DNA from: Utricularia gibba
Lineage: Eukaryota > Plantae > Magnoliophyta
Length of the DNA: 64,000 nucleotides
Direction of reading: 5' to 3'
NCBI GenBank assembly: GCA_002189035.1
Contig: NEEC01000002.1
Location: 372,001 to 436,000, forward strand
Shown: piece after piece, positions 62,680-64,000 of the stretch
Layout of the letters: every line of letters starts with the position of its first letter
Numbering within the stretch: the first letter of the stretch is position 1
The notes under the pieces: model-generated
What the model saw: the letters and a program-made list of their open reading frames with translations, nothing else
What the model was told of the DNA's origin: nothing
Databases searched by the model: none
Program-made: the position numbers and the translations under genes

Positions 62680-63159
62680 TTCAAGGGGCGCACTTAACAC
62701 TGCCCCCGGGGCTAGATAGCCAGGGCCTATATCTGTTAGCACCCCATGAATCAGAAAACAGGAGCGCAACCTTTGAATGTGTTGCATGGTCGTGGGAAGA
62801 GAATGAACGATGTTAATCGCTCTTACAGATACATTTCCTGATCATTGGCTCAAATTTTTCTTCTCAAATTATTTGCCCCCTTCTTCCTTGTTCATTATGT
62901 TTCCGATCAGAACTTACTGCTCATTGAACCACGATAGTGACGATTGAATAATCTTTCGTATACAGTGTTTTTTGGACATTGTTTGAAAATTAGATTTAAT
63001 TTATTCTTCAATGTAAGTTGAATTTCTTTTTTTTTTATAATGGATTAAATCAAATTTAAATAAATCAAATAAAAAGTAAATTGGAGGAGGTCTGTTTATT
63101 AAAGATCACTTAAATAGTGTCTGGGGATGAACGTTTGAAGTGGGTTTAGCACGTTGAAA

Positions 63160-63194
63160 AGCCCACTAAAATAAAGCCCAATTAAATGGGCCCA
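63160..63194. promoter_or_regulatory. Three site II elements upstream of U2A'
   Basis: AGCCCA at 63160-63165 and 63175-63180; TGGGCCCA at 63187-63194. Confidence 0.55.
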
Positions 63195-63343
63195 AAACGG
63201 TTCCGGCGGTTGCTAAACCAGAAGCATTTGGTTTTTTGAGTTGCAAACGCGCAATGAAAACCTTGTATTCGCAAAACCATCTGTGAAACTTTGGCAGCTC
63301 GCGCCGAGAAGAAGTCCTAGCGCGGAGGAGACAGGGAGAGGAA

Positions 63344-64000
63344 ATGGTTAGGTTGACGGCGGATTTGATATGGAAAAGTCCTCATTTTTTCAACGCAGTT
63401 CGCGAGCGCGAGCTGGATCTGAGAGGTATCCTGTTCTAACCAACTTCCGTGGCCATTTCTTTTCCACTTTATTGAATTCATGGGTATTGTTAGTGTGTTC
63501 ATTTTAAATAATGTACAGGGAACAAGATTGCTGTCATAGAGAACGTTGGTGCTACTGAGGTAACTGTGTTGTGTAACTTAGTTCTTTTTTCTTGGTTGTG
63601 AGCATTTTTTTTGTTGATTTTTTTTTTCTTTAGAAACCTTTGTTTTTTTTCTTTTGTTGTTTCGTTGGGTTTTCACTTGTCTTGCTGCTTTTGGTTGGGT
63701 ACGTACAAAACCCTAAACCCTATACTGCTGCTTTTGTTTTTCAAGAACGTTTTGTTGGCTACAGGATCAATTTGACACTATCGATATATCTGATAATGAG
63801 ATTGTCAAGCTTGAGAATTTTCCATTGATGAACCGGCTCGGTACTTTGTTGGTTAACAACAACAGGATTACTCGCATCAATCCCAATTTAGGAGGTACAA
63901 GCTTTGTGATTTGGGAGTTGAAATACATTCAAAATGTGTGTGGCGATGTTTAGATTAAGTTTCTTCTACATTGAAATGCTGCAGAATTTTTGCCCAAGTT
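63344..64000 (+). CDS. U2A': U2 snRNP protein A' (LRR), 5' part; runs off the window
   Basis: MVRLTADLIWKSPHFFNAVRERELDLRG / NKIAVIENVGATE / DQFDTIDISDNEIVKLENFPLMNRLGTLLVNNNRITRINPNLG / EFLPK. Confidence 0.95.

Noticed and set aside
63707-63722. AAAACCCTAAACCCTA in U2A' intron 2
   Set aside because: Only two telomere units; an ordinary intronic telo-box, not an interstitial telomere array.
1-64000. CRISPR arrays, prokaryotic defence systems, tRNA, rRNA, spliceosomal snRNA, or conserved miRNA hairpins
   Set aside because: The DNA is intron-containing plant nuclear sequence. I saw no repeat-spacer arrays, no cloverleaf or T-loop contexts, and no match to the conserved snRNA or miRNA sequences I could recall. 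This was a manual scan only.

Overview
Plant (eudicot) nuclear genomic DNA, not prokaryotic: spliced genes with mostly 60-120 nt introns and about 27 loci in 64 kb. That density suggests a miniaturised genome, such as Lentibulariaceae (inference only). Gene order: ACX1 (3' part), tail-anchored coiled-coil protein, STMP1-like micropeptide, hybrid proline-rich protein, ZRF1/DNAJC2, TMEM185-RING protein, HVA22, PPR, RGP/UAM, TL17.9, Sec61-gamma, COMM-domain protein, COG2, DUF3537, Gemin2, DUF760 pseudogene, purple acid phosphatase, IDD (SGR5 clade), NAC, small membrane protein, STE20-like MAP4K, STAR1/ABCI17 pseudogene, ADA1, small conserved protein, 4CL, COA5/PET191 and U2A' (5' part). The most notable observations are: (1) a ~630 bp copy of the PPR 5' region, ending in A22, sits in the Gemin2 leader; (2) the STAR1 ABC ATPase is heavily decayed; (3) ZRF1 has a third SANT domain and a 1-nt frameshift; (4) the DUF760 gene has decayed by deletion; (5) there are two GC-AG introns; (6) two promoter-like islands have no downstream CDS. 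I found no tRNA, rRNA, CRISPR array or intact transposon, and no evidence for a wholly new multi-gene system. All family assignments come from recalled motifs, not database searches.
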